Notes: generated by a model from the sequence alone, not told the origin. Positions 11,999 to 21,919 are shown, counted from the first letter of the stretch. The stretch is 32,000 bases of DNA from an uncultured Candidatus Saccharibacteria bacterium (GCA_964543385.1 CAZIYE010000001.1:510001-542000); one strand, 5' to 3'. Program-made: numbers and translations.

Positions 11999-13723
11999 AT
12001 GAACTCAAAGAAGATACTCGCCGGTGTTCTGGCGGTGGCTGTCCTGGCTACAAGTGGTGGTATATACTACTACAAAGCCAAGACCAAGGCAGACACAGCC
12101 GAGACTCTCGCTGGTACTAGACTGCAGATGGTGGACACAGCCGGTGCAGTTGTAAAGCAAAATGTGCCATTGGAGCTTAGTTTCAAGGCTACTGTTCGGG
12201 TCTGTAAAGTGACAAGAGTAATTTTTAAGATCTCCACTTGTAAGTGGGAAGACAGAAATTTTAAAAGGGTTGCTCTTACTAGTAACGAAGGTACCTATAG
12301 TGTTGGGACAGAATCTTATCGTCCTCTAACTCCTGCTGAGGCAAAAATTGTTGTTCAAAACTTAGCCGCAGAAAAAGCAGGTAGAGCATTATTACCAGAT
12401 GAAGCAGCTAGACTTGACCGTGTTACATTAGCTGCCGCAGGGATTGCCAATCCAACCAATGCACAAGTAGAGGGCATGGTTAGCGAGGCTTTTAAAGACT
12501 ATACCCCTCCTGCAACTGACGAAGAGGCAACTATCTCTTCCAGTCGTCCGTTTGGTAATTTGGTTAGTACTGCCCTCACTCTAGGAGCATCAGTTGCTGC
12601 TGTCAGTGCTGCAACTATATATGGTGCCAATCTCACTGGTGATTTTGGTGCAAACGGTGCTAAAGGTAGTCTTAAAACTGCTCTTTCACCGAGCACATCT
12701 GTCACTGCTGCTGGTGAATTTGCTGCCAAAGGTGTTAGTGGTCTTGCCGGACAAGCTGCAAATGTTGCTGGTCAAACATTAAATACCCTAACACATGGTG
12801 CTAAATGGTTGTTTACTACCCCTACGGGCTGGGCTGTTTTGGCTGGAGTAATCTTGCTTTCATCCATCTCAACAAAGACAACTGAGAAATGGTTTACCTT
12901 GCTATCTGTTGATGTAAAAACTGCCGGTGATTTCTACACAGGAGGTCCTTTGACTCTTTATTATCAAACCGACAAGGATACTACTAGCAATCAGTATAAG
13001 AAGAGTGAAAACTTTGCGATAGATCTAAATGATTTTGACCAGGCTTTCTATGGTCAAGCTGCTGATCAGCTGTATAACAAATTCATAACTTCAAATACAG
13101 CGCTTACAGATGCAAGCAAGGAAAATTATAAGAATTTGCTCGCTGCTAATATAAAATACATGCTTTATGCACGGTTGCATGGGTATTCGGAAGCAAATAA
13201 TGACAAGACAATTAGCGAGTTGATTGCCAAGTTAACGAATCAACAAGTAGCTACCGATACTAATTATGCTGATGCTACAAATCTACTAACCAATGGTGGC
13301 TTTGAGAATGGTATCGATGGTTGGCAGACAAGAAATGATAAGGGCGGCGCTGAGACAGTAACCGCATCAAACTCGGTAGTCACATGTCCTGCTGGTGCAA
13401 AATGTCTAAAAATGACTAACTCTGGCAAGGGTTGGCAAGCCGCTCAACAGAAACTTACCTTGGAAAAAGGTGTTTATAGAATTTCCGTTAAGTTCAAAAC
13501 TGGTGAGGGCAAGGCACGTGGTATCGTAAACCTTCACGATCATACTACTGAAGTAGCAAACCAAGTAATGTCTGAGGGATCATCCACAGAGTGGAAGACA
13601 GTGGGTTCTGAGATTGAGATAACCGATCCTAGTCACAACTACTGGCTCTATATCTACAATGATCCGGGTAATATTACAGATACTATCTACTATGATACTA
13701 TCTCTCTGCAGAAGATCAGATAG
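11999..13723 (+). CDS. Membrane-anchored surface protein with a Gly/Ala-rich hydrophobic segment and a C-terminal CBM4/9-like carbohydrate-binding domain
   Basis: The listed ORF starts at TTG 11987, but ATG 11999 sits right after GGAGGAGG (11989-11996). The N-terminal anchor is MNSKKILAGVLAVAVLATSGG. The C-terminal roughly 140 aa start NLLTNGGFENGIDGWQ, the usual opening of CBM_4_9 / galactose-binding-like domains. A strong terminator follows. Confidence 0.8.
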   Translation: MNSKKILAGVLAVAVLATSGGIYYYKAKTKADTAETLAGTRLQMVDTAGAVVKQNVPLELSFKATVRVCKVTRVIFKISTCKWEDRNFKRVALTSNEGTYSVGTESYRPLTPAEAKIVVQNLAAEKAGRALLPDEAARLDRVTLAAAGIANPTNAQVEGMVSEAFKDYTPPATDEEATISSSRPFGNLVSTALTLGASVAAVSAATIYGANLTGDFGANGAKGSLKTALSPSTSVTAAGEFAAKGVSGLAGQAANVAGQTLNTLTHGAKWLFTTPTGWAVLAGVILLSSISTKTTEKWFTLLSVDVKTAGDFYTGGPLTLYYQTDKDTTSNQYKKSENFAIDLNDFDQAFYGQAADQLYNKFITSNTALTDASKENYKNLLAANIKYMLYARLHGYSEANNDKTISELIAKLTNQQVATDTNYADATNLLTNGGFENGIDGWQTRNDKGGAETVTASNSVVTCPAGAKCLKMTNSGKGWQAAQQKLTLEKGVYRISVKFKTGEGKARGIVNLHDHTTEVANQVMSEGSSTEWKTVGSEIEITDPSHNYWLYIYNDPGNITDTIYYDTISLQKIR

Positions 13724-13740
13724 TCCTAGATAGGGCTCTA

Positions 13741-13784
13741 AATAATAAAATGCACCCTAAGTACTCGGGGTGCATTTTATTATT
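13741..13784. terminator. Rho-independent terminator (17-bp perfect inverted repeat)
   Basis: aataataaaatgcaccc / gggtgcattttattatt around a 10-nt loop. The GC-rich core is followed by a T-run. It starts 18 nt after the stop at 13723. Confidence 0.8.
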
Positions 13785-13867
13785 ACCTAAGCTATTCCTC
13801 TTAGCTTGAGTTTTGGAGGTATTTGTCTTATTATAAGAAATAGAAATATTAAATATGTAGCAATTTT

Positions 13868-14704
13868 ATGGCAACTGCTGATAAATTCTCTTATGAAATA
13901 ACACCACCAAAAAAGCTGGTAAATATAAATTTACCAGAGATTTGGCGTTTTCGTGACCTGCTTTATATATTCGTCTGGCGCGATGTAAAGGTACGCTACA
14001 AACAAACTGCCATCGGTGTTGTATGGGCGATATTTCAGCCACTTTTCACTATGCTGATATTTACTGTATTTTTTGGCAAATTGGCGAAGATGCCCTCTGA
14101 TGGAGTGCCATATCCAATATTTGTCTATGCCGGTCTTCTTCTGTGGAATTATTTCTCAAGTGCGCTAACCAATGCTAGCGATTCGCTGGTGGCGAATGAG
14201 AGTATAGTCAAAAAAGTTTATTTCCCGAGATTAATTCTGCCTCTTTCAACTACTGTCACTCCAGTTCTTGATTTCCTCTTGGCCCTAGTAGTACTTTTTG
14301 GATTAATGGCTTTTTACCATTTCACGCCAAGTATTTTAGGTATAATTCTATTACCTTTTCTCCTGCTTATCTCTTTATTAAGCGCTTGGGGTCTAGGCAT
14401 ATTCCTTGCTTCAGTAAATGTAAAATATCGAGATGTGAGACATGCATTACCTTTTTTCATCCAGCTAATGCTTTTCTTAACACCAGTGATATATCCAGTT
14501 AGTTTGATACCGTCAGGCTATCAGTGGATAGTCTACTTAAATCCAATGTCTGGTGTAATCCAAACGGCAAGATCTTCACTTCTTGGGAGTAGTCCTGTTG
14601 ATTGGAACATACTATTAATATCATTAGCTATCAGCTTAATATTTGTCTATGGCGGCATATATTATTTTAGAAAAACAGAACGCTTTTTTGCGGACATATT
14701 ATAA
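13868..14704 (+). CDS. ABC-2 type polysaccharide/teichoic-acid exporter permease (Wzm/TagG/RfbA type)
   Basis: 278 aa, about 6 TM helices. The N-terminal RDLLYIFVWRDVKVRYKQTAIGVVWAIFQPL is typical of this permease family. Confidence 0.93.
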   Translation: MATADKFSYEITPPKKLVNINLPEIWRFRDLLYIFVWRDVKVRYKQTAIGVVWAIFQPLFTMLIFTVFFGKLAKMPSDGVPYPIFVYAGLLLWNYFSSALTNASDSLVANESIVKKVYFPRLILPLSTTVTPVLDFLLALVVLFGLMAFYHFTPSILGIILLPFLLLISLLSAWGLGIFLASVNVKYRDVRHALPFFIQLMLFLTPVIYPVSLIPSGYQWIVYLNPMSGVIQTARSSLLGSSPVDWNILLISLAISLIFVYGGIYYFRKTERFFADIL

Positions 14705-14712
14705 ACAACACA

Positions 14713-15945
14713 ATGACACAACCAATTATAAAAATTGAAAATATCAGCAAGAAATATAGTATCGGACATAAAGAACCATACTATTCTCTCCGTGACCAAA
14801 TATCAGGACTTTTCTCTGGAAAAAAAGAGAAGAAAAACGAAGAATTTTGGGCACTTCGAGATATTGATTTTGAAATTGAACAGGGCGATACCATAGGTAT
14901 AGTAGGTAGAAATGGCGCCGGTAAAAGTACACTCTTGAAGATTCTTTCACAAATTACTCCTCCTACTACTGGAAAAATTACAATGGGTGGCAGGGTGGCC
15001 TCTCTGCTTGAAGTTGGGACAGGTTTTAATCCTGAGCTTACCGGACGTGAGAACATATTTCTAAATGGCGCTATCCTCGGGATGACCAGAAGTGAAATCA
15101 AACGAAAATTTGATGAAATTGTTGCATTCTCTGAGATTGAAAAGTTTTTAGATACACCAGTAAAGAGGTATTCAAGCGGAATGTATGTGAGGCTTGCCTT
15201 CGCAGTTGCAGCCCATCTGGAGCCAGAAATATTGATAGTTGATGAAGTGTTGGCTGTAGGCGATGCTCAATTTCAAAAGAAGTGTCTTGGTAAAATGTCA
15301 GAGGTTGGCAAGAGCGGCAGAACAGTTATATTTGTCAGTCATAACATGGCAGCAGTTAATGAATTGTGCTCAAAATCGGTCTTGTTGCATAAAGGAAAAA
15401 TGGTTAATTTTGGCGATACATCAAGCATCATTTCGGAATATTTAAAATCGCAAAATGTTACTTCCGAGGGATTGATAGAACTAACCGATAACAAACTTAG
15501 AAGAAATTCACTCGATGACAGCAATTTTAAATTTACAAAAATTGAGATCGTTAATTCAAAAGGTGAACATACCTCATCAATTGGCCTGAAAGAACCATTT
15601 AAGTTAGTTGTTCATGGGTTTATCGATAGAGAATTAAATGATTTAAGAATAGGCTTTAGCGTTGATTCATCTCTAGGTTTCCCGATTTTTAACTCACATA
15701 TGACTAAAGAAGAGTTGAATATTTCCGGCAAAGGAGAGGTTAAAATTGTTATAAGCTTTGGACAAAATCTGCTTGGGCCCGGTCAATATACTATAGGACT
15801 TGGTGCAAATGGTGAAAATGTAGTGGATTGGATCCCTGAGGCGGCCAATCTAAATATAGAGCAAATATCTTTGAACGGGGAGAGCGTCAAAAGTAATTTT
15901 GATGGGATTATTCTATACCCGTGCGATTGGTCTCTCGAGAAATAA
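14713..15945 (+). CDS. ABC polysaccharide exporter ATPase with a C-terminal Wzt-like glycan-binding extension (Wzt/TagH/RfbB type)
   Basis: Walker A GRNGAGKSTLLK, signature YSSGMYVRLAFA and Walker B ILIVDEVLAVGD. A further roughly 160 beta-rich residues follow the NBD, as in Wzt proteins. Confidence 0.93.
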   Translation: MTQPIIKIENISKKYSIGHKEPYYSLRDQISGLFSGKKEKKNEEFWALRDIDFEIEQGDTIGIVGRNGAGKSTLLKILSQITPPTTGKITMGGRVASLLEVGTGFNPELTGRENIFLNGAILGMTRSEIKRKFDEIVAFSEIEKFLDTPVKRYSSGMYVRLAFAVAAHLEPEILIVDEVLAVGDAQFQKKCLGKMSEVGKSGRTVIFVSHNMAAVNELCSKSVLLHKGKMVNFGDTSSIISEYLKSQNVTSEGLIELTDNKLRRNSLDDSNFKFTKIEIVNSKGEHTSSIGLKEPFKLVVHGFIDRELNDLRIGFSVDSSLGFPIFNSHMTKEELNISGKGEVKIVISFGQNLLGPGQYTIGLGANGENVVDWIPEAANLNIEQISLNGESVKSNFDGIILYPCDWSLEK

Positions 15946-15972
15946 TTTTTTAAATTAATATTTAAACTATCA

Positions 15973-18690
15973 ATGAAGACTAAAAAATATTCTATAGTAT
16001 GTATTTGTCAGATCTACAATGAGATCGAAAAAGGGAATCTGGAAAGGTTCTATAAGTATATAAAGCCACTTGTTGATGAAATAGTCATTTATGATGATGG
16101 CAGCACCGACGGAAGCTATGAATATTCGCTTGGGCAGACTCCTCATGTAATACGTGGTGGAAAAAATGATTTTAAAAATGAAATCAGTCATCGTCAGTTA
16201 ATGCTAGAGAAAGCTTTGAAGCTGTCTCCTGATTTTATTTTATGGCTTGATGCCGATGAGGTTCTCTCTGGTCAATCAAATGAGAACTTGCAAGAAGTTT
16301 GTAATGAATGTATCAAGAATGAATTTGACGGAGTTTCTATAAAAGAGCTAAATATATGGCGAAGTTGCACTTGGCGTAGATTAGACAGCCTTTATGATAT
16401 AGGCTGGTTTACTAGACTGTGGAAAGTCGTGCCAGATCTAGCTTTTGAAGATACAAAAGAAGGTCTTCATCAAGATCTTTTCCCTCCAACGATTAAAAAA
16501 GTGATGAAAACTGATAAAACATCAGTTCTTCACTACGGCTTTTCCGATGAAACCAATCTTTCTTACAAATACCTCACTTACCGTAGTCATGGCCAAAGTG
16601 GTTACGAAATGTTAGATAGACTAATAAGCGAGGAGAAGATTGAACTGGAGAGAGTGCCAAAAAACCTTTTTCCAGATGGTCTATGGGTTGAAAAAGAGAA
16701 AGAGCCTGAGAAGCTGACCTTTTCTGAGTCGTTGTCTTATGTTGATAAACTATCGGATAAAGTTTTTAGGCCTAAATATTCGATAGCTTGCCTTATTTAT
16801 AAAAGCGTAGACTGGCTTAAATTTGCTTACGAACAAGTATTAAAAAATACTGATATGGGTGGTAAAGAATTTTATTTTGTAGCAAATGATGCCGATGAAA
16901 ATGTACTGGAATATTTGAGAAATAATTATATTCCTCATTATGTGCTAAATAATACTCCCGACCAACGCAAAGAGTGGTATATAAATAATGTTTATAGAGG
17001 CTATAACTATGCTGCAAAGGTGGCTAAAGGCGATTTTGTTGTTTTTATAAACTCCGATATGGCGTTTACTCCAAATTGGCTAGATAATTTAATTGATTCC
17101 TACGACGGCTCAAATTGTATTGCATCGAGATTGGTAGAATCCGGCAAGCTTGAAGTAGGCAAGAATGGTATAGAGAAGGACTTCGGCCGTACAATATCAG
17201 AGTTTAAAGAAGATGATTTCCAGCGCTATGCACAAATGGTCTCTGATAATGAAGTAATTAATAGTGGTCTGTATATGCCACTCCTTGTTAGGAAAGATAA
17301 GTTTGAACAAATCGGCGGGTATCCGGAGGGCAATATCAAGATTAGCTCTAAAGACATTTTCCATCCGGAGATTGCAAAACAGGGAGAAGAGTTAATTTCT
17401 GGCGATAGAATCTTAATCGAGAAGCTAAAATCGATTGGAGTTCGCCACCAGACTTCCTACGGCTCTATAGTGTATCACTTTCAGTGTGGAGAGAAGGATG
17501 AAACTGGCACAGACAGAAATCAAGCAGATAAAACTGAAGTTGCTATATGTAACGATTTAGCGACAGGGACTATGGGCGAAAAGGTCCTTTGGGACTATTT
17601 GATTGAGAATTTACCTGGTGCCTACGGGGTAGATCATAGGACGGTAGGCGATACCAACTTTGCAGAAAAAGCAAAAAGATATATTCACCAAAAACATCCT
17701 AATACTAAAGTAATTATCCAAAATGCTTCGTTTATAGATTCGGTTGATAAAGATATCTATACGGTCGCTTTCTTGCAGGATGATCTTCGTTCTATGGGTA
17801 GACAATTATGCCAACAGGAAATGAATTTGAAGTTAGCTCATAAAGTTGTTACAAATTCATACCAAACTGCCGCTGTCTACAAGGACTATCCTTGTGAAAT
17901 AATTCCTGTCGGATTGGACTCTGATCTATTTAGTCCCCAAAACAAATCTTCTCTTCGTAAGAAACATGGATTTTTGGAAAAAAAGACAGGTATTTTTGTG
18001 GGTAATTTCTCCGAGGTTAAGGGTTGGTCAAAAATAAAAAATTGTATTGACAAATATCCTGAGATCCAATGGATTCTAGTTACCAAGAAAGATGAAGATT
18101 GCAAACATCCAAATGTAAGGGTATATAAACGAATTGATCAGCAATTACTGTCACAATTGCTCAATTGTGCTGATTTTTTCATTATAGGATCGCCGGTTGA
18201 AACTCAGTGCCTTGCTGCTATAGAGGCTTGTCTTTGTGACATTCCTGTTGTGATGCCCAACGTTGGTTTATTCAAAGATTTAAGCGAAGAAGAAAAAAGA
18301 AATGTGGGGATTATCGGTGATGATCTAGAGTATGGAGTAGAGAATATTGTAAAAGGCAAATATTCTCCCAGAAAAGTAATAATAGATCGAAGTCTTACTA
18401 TTAAAGATTCAATGTCTAAATGGAAAAAGCTCGTAGAAAATTCTGTCCTAATTGCAAACATAAATGGTAATAACAAGCTAGAATGGAACAATGATTTTTC
18501 TGGCCTATGGTTTGAGATAGAGTTCTTTTATAGAAAAAAAATTCTTAAAAAAATCTTTGGCAAGGAAGATCTCCAGATAAGAAAACATTTATCCAAGGAA
18601 TCAATACTTGTATTTGGCGGATCAATTCTAAGAAAAGTAGGACTATTAGAGATTGTTAAGAAAATTATTGGTTTCAAGTCAGAAAAGTGA
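15973..18690 (+). CDS. Three-domain glycosyltransferase fusion (GT2 + GT2 + GT4/GT1-type) with a basic amphipathic C-terminal tail
   Basis: 905 aa. Domain 1 has YSIVCICQIYNE, VIYDDGSTDGS and LDADEV. Domain 2 has YSIACLIYKSVDWLKFAYEQVL and VVFINSDMAF. Domain 3 has GIFVGNFSEVKGW and an E-x7-E motif (ETQCLAAIE). Confidence 0.85.
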   Translation: MKTKKYSIVCICQIYNEIEKGNLERFYKYIKPLVDEIVIYDDGSTDGSYEYSLGQTPHVIRGGKNDFKNEISHRQLMLEKALKLSPDFILWLDADEVLSGQSNENLQEVCNECIKNEFDGVSIKELNIWRSCTWRRLDSLYDIGWFTRLWKVVPDLAFEDTKEGLHQDLFPPTIKKVMKTDKTSVLHYGFSDETNLSYKYLTYRSHGQSGYEMLDRLISEEKIELERVPKNLFPDGLWVEKEKEPEKLTFSESLSYVDKLSDKVFRPKYSIACLIYKSVDWLKFAYEQVLKNTDMGGKEFYFVANDADENVLEYLRNNYIPHYVLNNTPDQRKEWYINNVYRGYNYAAKVAKGDFVVFINSDMAFTPNWLDNLIDSYDGSNCIASRLVESGKLEVGKNGIEKDFGRTISEFKEDDFQRYAQMVSDNEVINSGLYMPLLVRKDKFEQIGGYPEGNIKISSKDIFHPEIAKQGEELISGDRILIEKLKSIGVRHQTSYGSIVYHFQCGEKDETGTDRNQADKTEVAICNDLATGTMGEKVLWDYLIENLPGAYGVDHRTVGDTNFAEKAKRYIHQKHPNTKVIIQNASFIDSVDKDIYTVAFLQDDLRSMGRQLCQQEMNLKLAHKVVTNSYQTAAVYKDYPCEIIPVGLDSDLFSPQNKSSLRKKHGFLEKKTGIFVGNFSEVKGWSKIKNCIDKYPEIQWILVTKKDEDCKHPNVRVYKRIDQQLLSQLLNCADFFIIGSPVETQCLAAIEACLCDIPVVMPNVGLFKDLSEEEKRNVGIIGDDLEYGVENIVKGKYSPRKVIIDRSLTIKDSMSKWKKLVENSVLIANINGNNKLEWNNDFSGLWFEIEFFYRKKILKKIFGKEDLQIRKHLSKESILVFGGSILRKVGLLEIVKKIIGFKSEK

Positions 18691-18695
18691 AAACC

Positions 18696-19928
18696 ATGAA
18701 GTCACCTATGAAAATATTGATTATAGCGATGACTGATAGTATCCATACATCAAGATGGGTCTCTCAGATAATTGATCAAGGATGGGATGTCCATATTTTC
18801 CCGAGTATATTGGGCGGAATTGCGCATGACAAACTAAGAGGAGTCAAAATCCATGATAGTTTTCTCTCGTTTAATGGCAAAGTTGGCATAAAATTTTCTT
18901 CACTACCCAGTCTTTTTGCTGCAATACCAGATCTTATAATGACAAGATTTAATACCAAGCGATTCCACCAAAGGAGATTGTCTAAATTAATAGATAGGCT
19001 CAAGCCAGATATTGTTCATACTCTTGAATTCCAGACTTCAGCCTATTTAATGTTGGAAGCAAAAATGAATCTTAAAGAAGTTTCTTTTAAATGGATTGCG
19101 ACCAATTGGGGTAGCGATATTTATTACTTCGGACGTTTTCCTGAGCACGAAAAAAAGATTAGAGAAGTTTTATCCCAGTGTGATTATTATTCCTGCGAAT
19201 GTGAGCGCGATGTGGCCCTAGCAAGACAATTTGGCTTTAAAGGGGAAACATTACCAGTCTTTCCAAATGCCGGTGGCTTTGATCTATCAGAAATCAGTTC
19301 TTTGCGTCAGGATAACGCTGAGGATAGAAAAATAATAATGTTGAAAGGTTACCAAGGATGGTCTGGTCGTGCCCTGTCTGGCCTAGATGCTCTTAAGAAG
19401 TGCAAGGACCTCCTATCTGGATACGAGATTGTTTTATACTCGGTTGACCCAAATTCAGAGGTTCCAAACGCTGTAGATACTTTTAGGCAGGAAACAGGAA
19501 TATCTGTAAAAATTCTTCCTGCAAAAACTCCTCACGATGCAATACTCAAATTTCATGGCCAGGCGCGTATATCCATAGGTCTAAGTATCAGTGATGCTAT
19601 TAGCACATCACTACTTGAAGCTTTGGTCATGGGATCATTTCCTATACAATCGTCTACCGCATGTACAGATGAGTGGATTAATGATGGCAAGACAGGGATT
19701 AAAGTGCCGCCCGAAGATCCTGTAAAAATTGCCGAAGCTGTCAAAAAAGCCCTTTTGGATGACGACCTTATTAACAGCGCAAGGAAACATAATTATAAAC
19801 TTACAGAAGAAAGGCTCGATTCCACAATCATCAAGAATAAATCTATTGATTTCTACAAAAGTGTTTATAGCGACAAAAAAGAGTCTGCTAAAGTCACTCT
19901 TCTTGATAAAACGGGCAAAAAAGGATAA
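18696..19928 (+). CDS. GT4/GT1-type glycosyltransferase
   Basis: The listed ORF starts at GTG 18687 (a GTGA overlap with the upstream stop). ATGs at 18696 and 18708 (MKILIIA) are also possible starts. The C-terminal half has the Glycos_transf_1 pattern STSLLEALVMGSFPIQS and DGKTGIKVPPEDP. Confidence 0.8.
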   Translation: MKSPMKILIIAMTDSIHTSRWVSQIIDQGWDVHIFPSILGGIAHDKLRGVKIHDSFLSFNGKVGIKFSSLPSLFAAIPDLIMTRFNTKRFHQRRLSKLIDRLKPDIVHTLEFQTSAYLMLEAKMNLKEVSFKWIATNWGSDIYYFGRFPEHEKKIREVLSQCDYYSCECERDVALARQFGFKGETLPVFPNAGGFDLSEISSLRQDNAEDRKIIMLKGYQGWSGRALSGLDALKKCKDLLSGYEIVLYSVDPNSEVPNAVDTFRQETGISVKILPAKTPHDAILKFHGQARISIGLSISDAISTSLLEALVMGSFPIQSSTACTDEWINDGKTGIKVPPEDPVKIAEAVKKALLDDDLINSARKHNYKLTEERLDSTIIKNKSIDFYKSVYSDKKESAKVTLLDKTGKKG

Positions 19929-19957
19929 ATTAAACTAAAGAAAAGAAGGTATATATT

Positions 19958-20845
19958 ATGAATAGACAAAAGATCCTTGTTCTTGGCGCAACTGGCATGC
20001 TTGGCAACGCCATTTTTACTGAATTATCTAAGGCTGATTTTGATGTTTATGGCACAGCCAGAAAAATAAGCCCAGAGTTTTTTTCTAAGGAGCTAACACA
20101 AAAAATCATTACAGGCATTGATATTGAAGATATGGCTTCACTTACAGCAAGTATTAATGATCTGAAGCCTGATATTGTGATAAACTGCGTTGGTTTAATT
20201 AAGCAGGCACCCAGTGCATCAAACACGGCTTTGGCAATATATATGAATGCCCTATTTCCTCATAAATTAGCCGCAATTTGTGAGCAGTCTGGATCACGCA
20301 TGATCCATTTCAGCACAGATTGTGTATTTAGCGGCAAGAAGGGCAATTATAAAGAAAGCGATTTTGCTGATGCTGACGATGTATATGGCAGAACCAAATA
20401 TCTTGGCGAAGTTCCCTATGATCATTGTTTCACGATGAGGACATCAATTATCGGCCATGGTATGGAAGCGAATGCATCTCTTATTGACTGGTTCTTGTCT
20501 CAAAAAGGCGAGAAAGTAAATGGTTATGATAAGGTGGTTTACTCCGGTTTTCCTACAGTTGAAATCGCTAGAATTGTTAAAGAATATGTTATCCCAAATC
20601 CCGAACTAAAAGGCCTCTATCATGTCTCTGCAGAGCCAATTTCTAAATATGATCTACTCAAACTTGTCGCCAGAATTTATGGCAAAAAAGTAGAATTAGT
20701 ACCTTCGGACAATGAAATCTCTAATAAATCTTTAAATTCAGATATTTTTAGAGAGGCGACTGGCTATAATCCACCAAGTTGGGAAGAATTGGTCACTAAA
20801 ATGCACGACTATTATAAGTCAAACGATAGTTTTGTTAAATTCTAA
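19958..20845 (+). CDS. RmlD-like SDR 4-reductase (candidate UDP-4-keto-6-deoxy-L-HexNAc reductase, WbvR-like)
   Basis: 295 aa with Rossmann ILVLGATGMLG and catalytic YGRTK (Y-x3-K). Size and layout match dTDP-4-dehydrorhamnose-reductase-type enzymes. GAAGG RBS upstream. Confidence 0.85.
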   Translation: MNRQKILVLGATGMLGNAIFTELSKADFDVYGTARKISPEFFSKELTQKIITGIDIEDMASLTASINDLKPDIVINCVGLIKQAPSASNTALAIYMNALFPHKLAAICEQSGSRMIHFSTDCVFSGKKGNYKESDFADADDVYGRTKYLGEVPYDHCFTMRTSIIGHGMEANASLIDWFLSQKGEKVNGYDKVVYSGFPTVEIARIVKEYVIPNPELKGLYHVSAEPISKYDLLKLVARIYGKKVELVPSDNEISNKSLNSDIFREATGYNPPSWEELVTKMHDYYKSNDSFVKF

Positions 20846-20863
20846 ATATAAATAGAAGGTTAT

Positions 20864-21919
20864 ATGGAAAAACAAATCAGAAAAAAGATAGAGGGCAAAA
20901 CAATCTTAGTTACTGGAGGTACTGGTTCTTTCGGAGGGATTGTATCAAGAAGACTTTTGACTATGAACCCCAAGAAAATTATTATTTTCAGCAGGGATGA
21001 GAAAAAACAATTTGACATGAGAAATGAGTTCAATAATCCATTGATTGATTTTATTATTGGAGATGTCAGAGACAGGGAGAGTGTTGATAGGGCTATGCGC
21101 GAGGGAGTGGATTACGTTTTTCATGCTGCTGCCTTAAAACAAGTACCATCTTGCGAATTCTTTCCTATTGAAGCGGTCAAGACAAATATATTAGGAGCAA
21201 ATAATGTTTTACAATCGGCAGTTGCTCATGGTGTAGAAAGAGTTGTTGTTTTAAGTACTGATAAGGCAGTTTATCCAATCAATGCCATGGGCATATCTAA
21301 GGCTATGATGGAAAAACTAATGGTTGGAACATCAAAAACATTATCAAATTCAAAGACAAGCACCTGCGGCACAAGATACGGCAATGTTATGTATTCGAGA
21401 GGATCGGTGCTTCCATTCTTTGTTAGTTTGATGGAAAAGGGTAAGAAACTAACGGTAACAGATGGCAAAATGACCAGATTTCTATTGCCCCTTTCATATG
21501 CGGTCGACCTTGTTCTATTTGGTCTGACTCACGGTGGTAATGGCCATACATATATCAAAAAGGCGCCAGCTGCTGATATGGAAACTGTGGCCAAAGCAAT
21601 GTGTGAACTCTTTGATTATGAGCCTGGTTACACCGAGGTTGGCATAAGAAATGGCGAGAAGATGCATGAAACTCTTGTTTCTCAAGAGGAAATGATGAGA
21701 GCGGTTGATCTCGGCGACTATTATGATATACCGCCAGAGAGCCAGGATTTAAATTACAAGAAATATTTTACTTCCGGGCAGAAAATTGATCCTGAAAAAA
21801 TTGAGCCTTACACATCAGGTAATGCCACTCAGCTCAATGTAGAGGAAACAAAAGAACTATTGCTTAAATTACCGGAAATTCAGCAGGATTTAGAAAGGCT
21901 AAAAAATGTCAGAAAGTAA
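20864..21919 (+). CDS. fnlA: UDP-GlcNAc 4,6-dehydratase/5-epimerase, FnlA/CapE/WbjB/WbvB type
   Basis: 351 aa with ILVTGGTGSFGG, FHAAALKQVPSCEFFPIEAVKTNILG, STDKAVYPINAMGISKAMMEKL and GTRYGNVMYSRGSV. It is near-colinear with the CapE/FnlA sequence as I remember it. GAAGG RBS upstream. Confidence 0.9.
   Translation: MEKQIRKKIEGKTILVTGGTGSFGGIVSRRLLTMNPKKIIIFSRDEKKQFDMRNEFNNPLIDFIIGDVRDRESVDRAMREGVDYVFHAAALKQVPSCEFFPIEAVKTNILGANNVLQSAVAHGVERVVVLSTDKAVYPINAMGISKAMMEKLMVGTSKTLSNSKTSTCGTRYGNVMYSRGSVLPFFVSLMEKGKKLTVTDGKMTRFLLPLSYAVDLVLFGLTHGGNGHTYIKKAPAADMETVAKAMCELFDYEPGYTEVGIRNGEKMHETLVSQEEMMRAVDLGDYYDIPPESQDLNYKKYFTSGQKIDPEKIEPYTSGNATQLNVEETKELLLKLPEIQQDLERLKNVRK

Noticed and set aside
13787-13806. 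ctaagct ... cttagct downstream of the terminator, resembling the heptamer units
   Set aside because: The two copies are 13 nt apart, not a multiple of 7, and they also form a simple 6-bp inverted repeat. A single pair is not an array.
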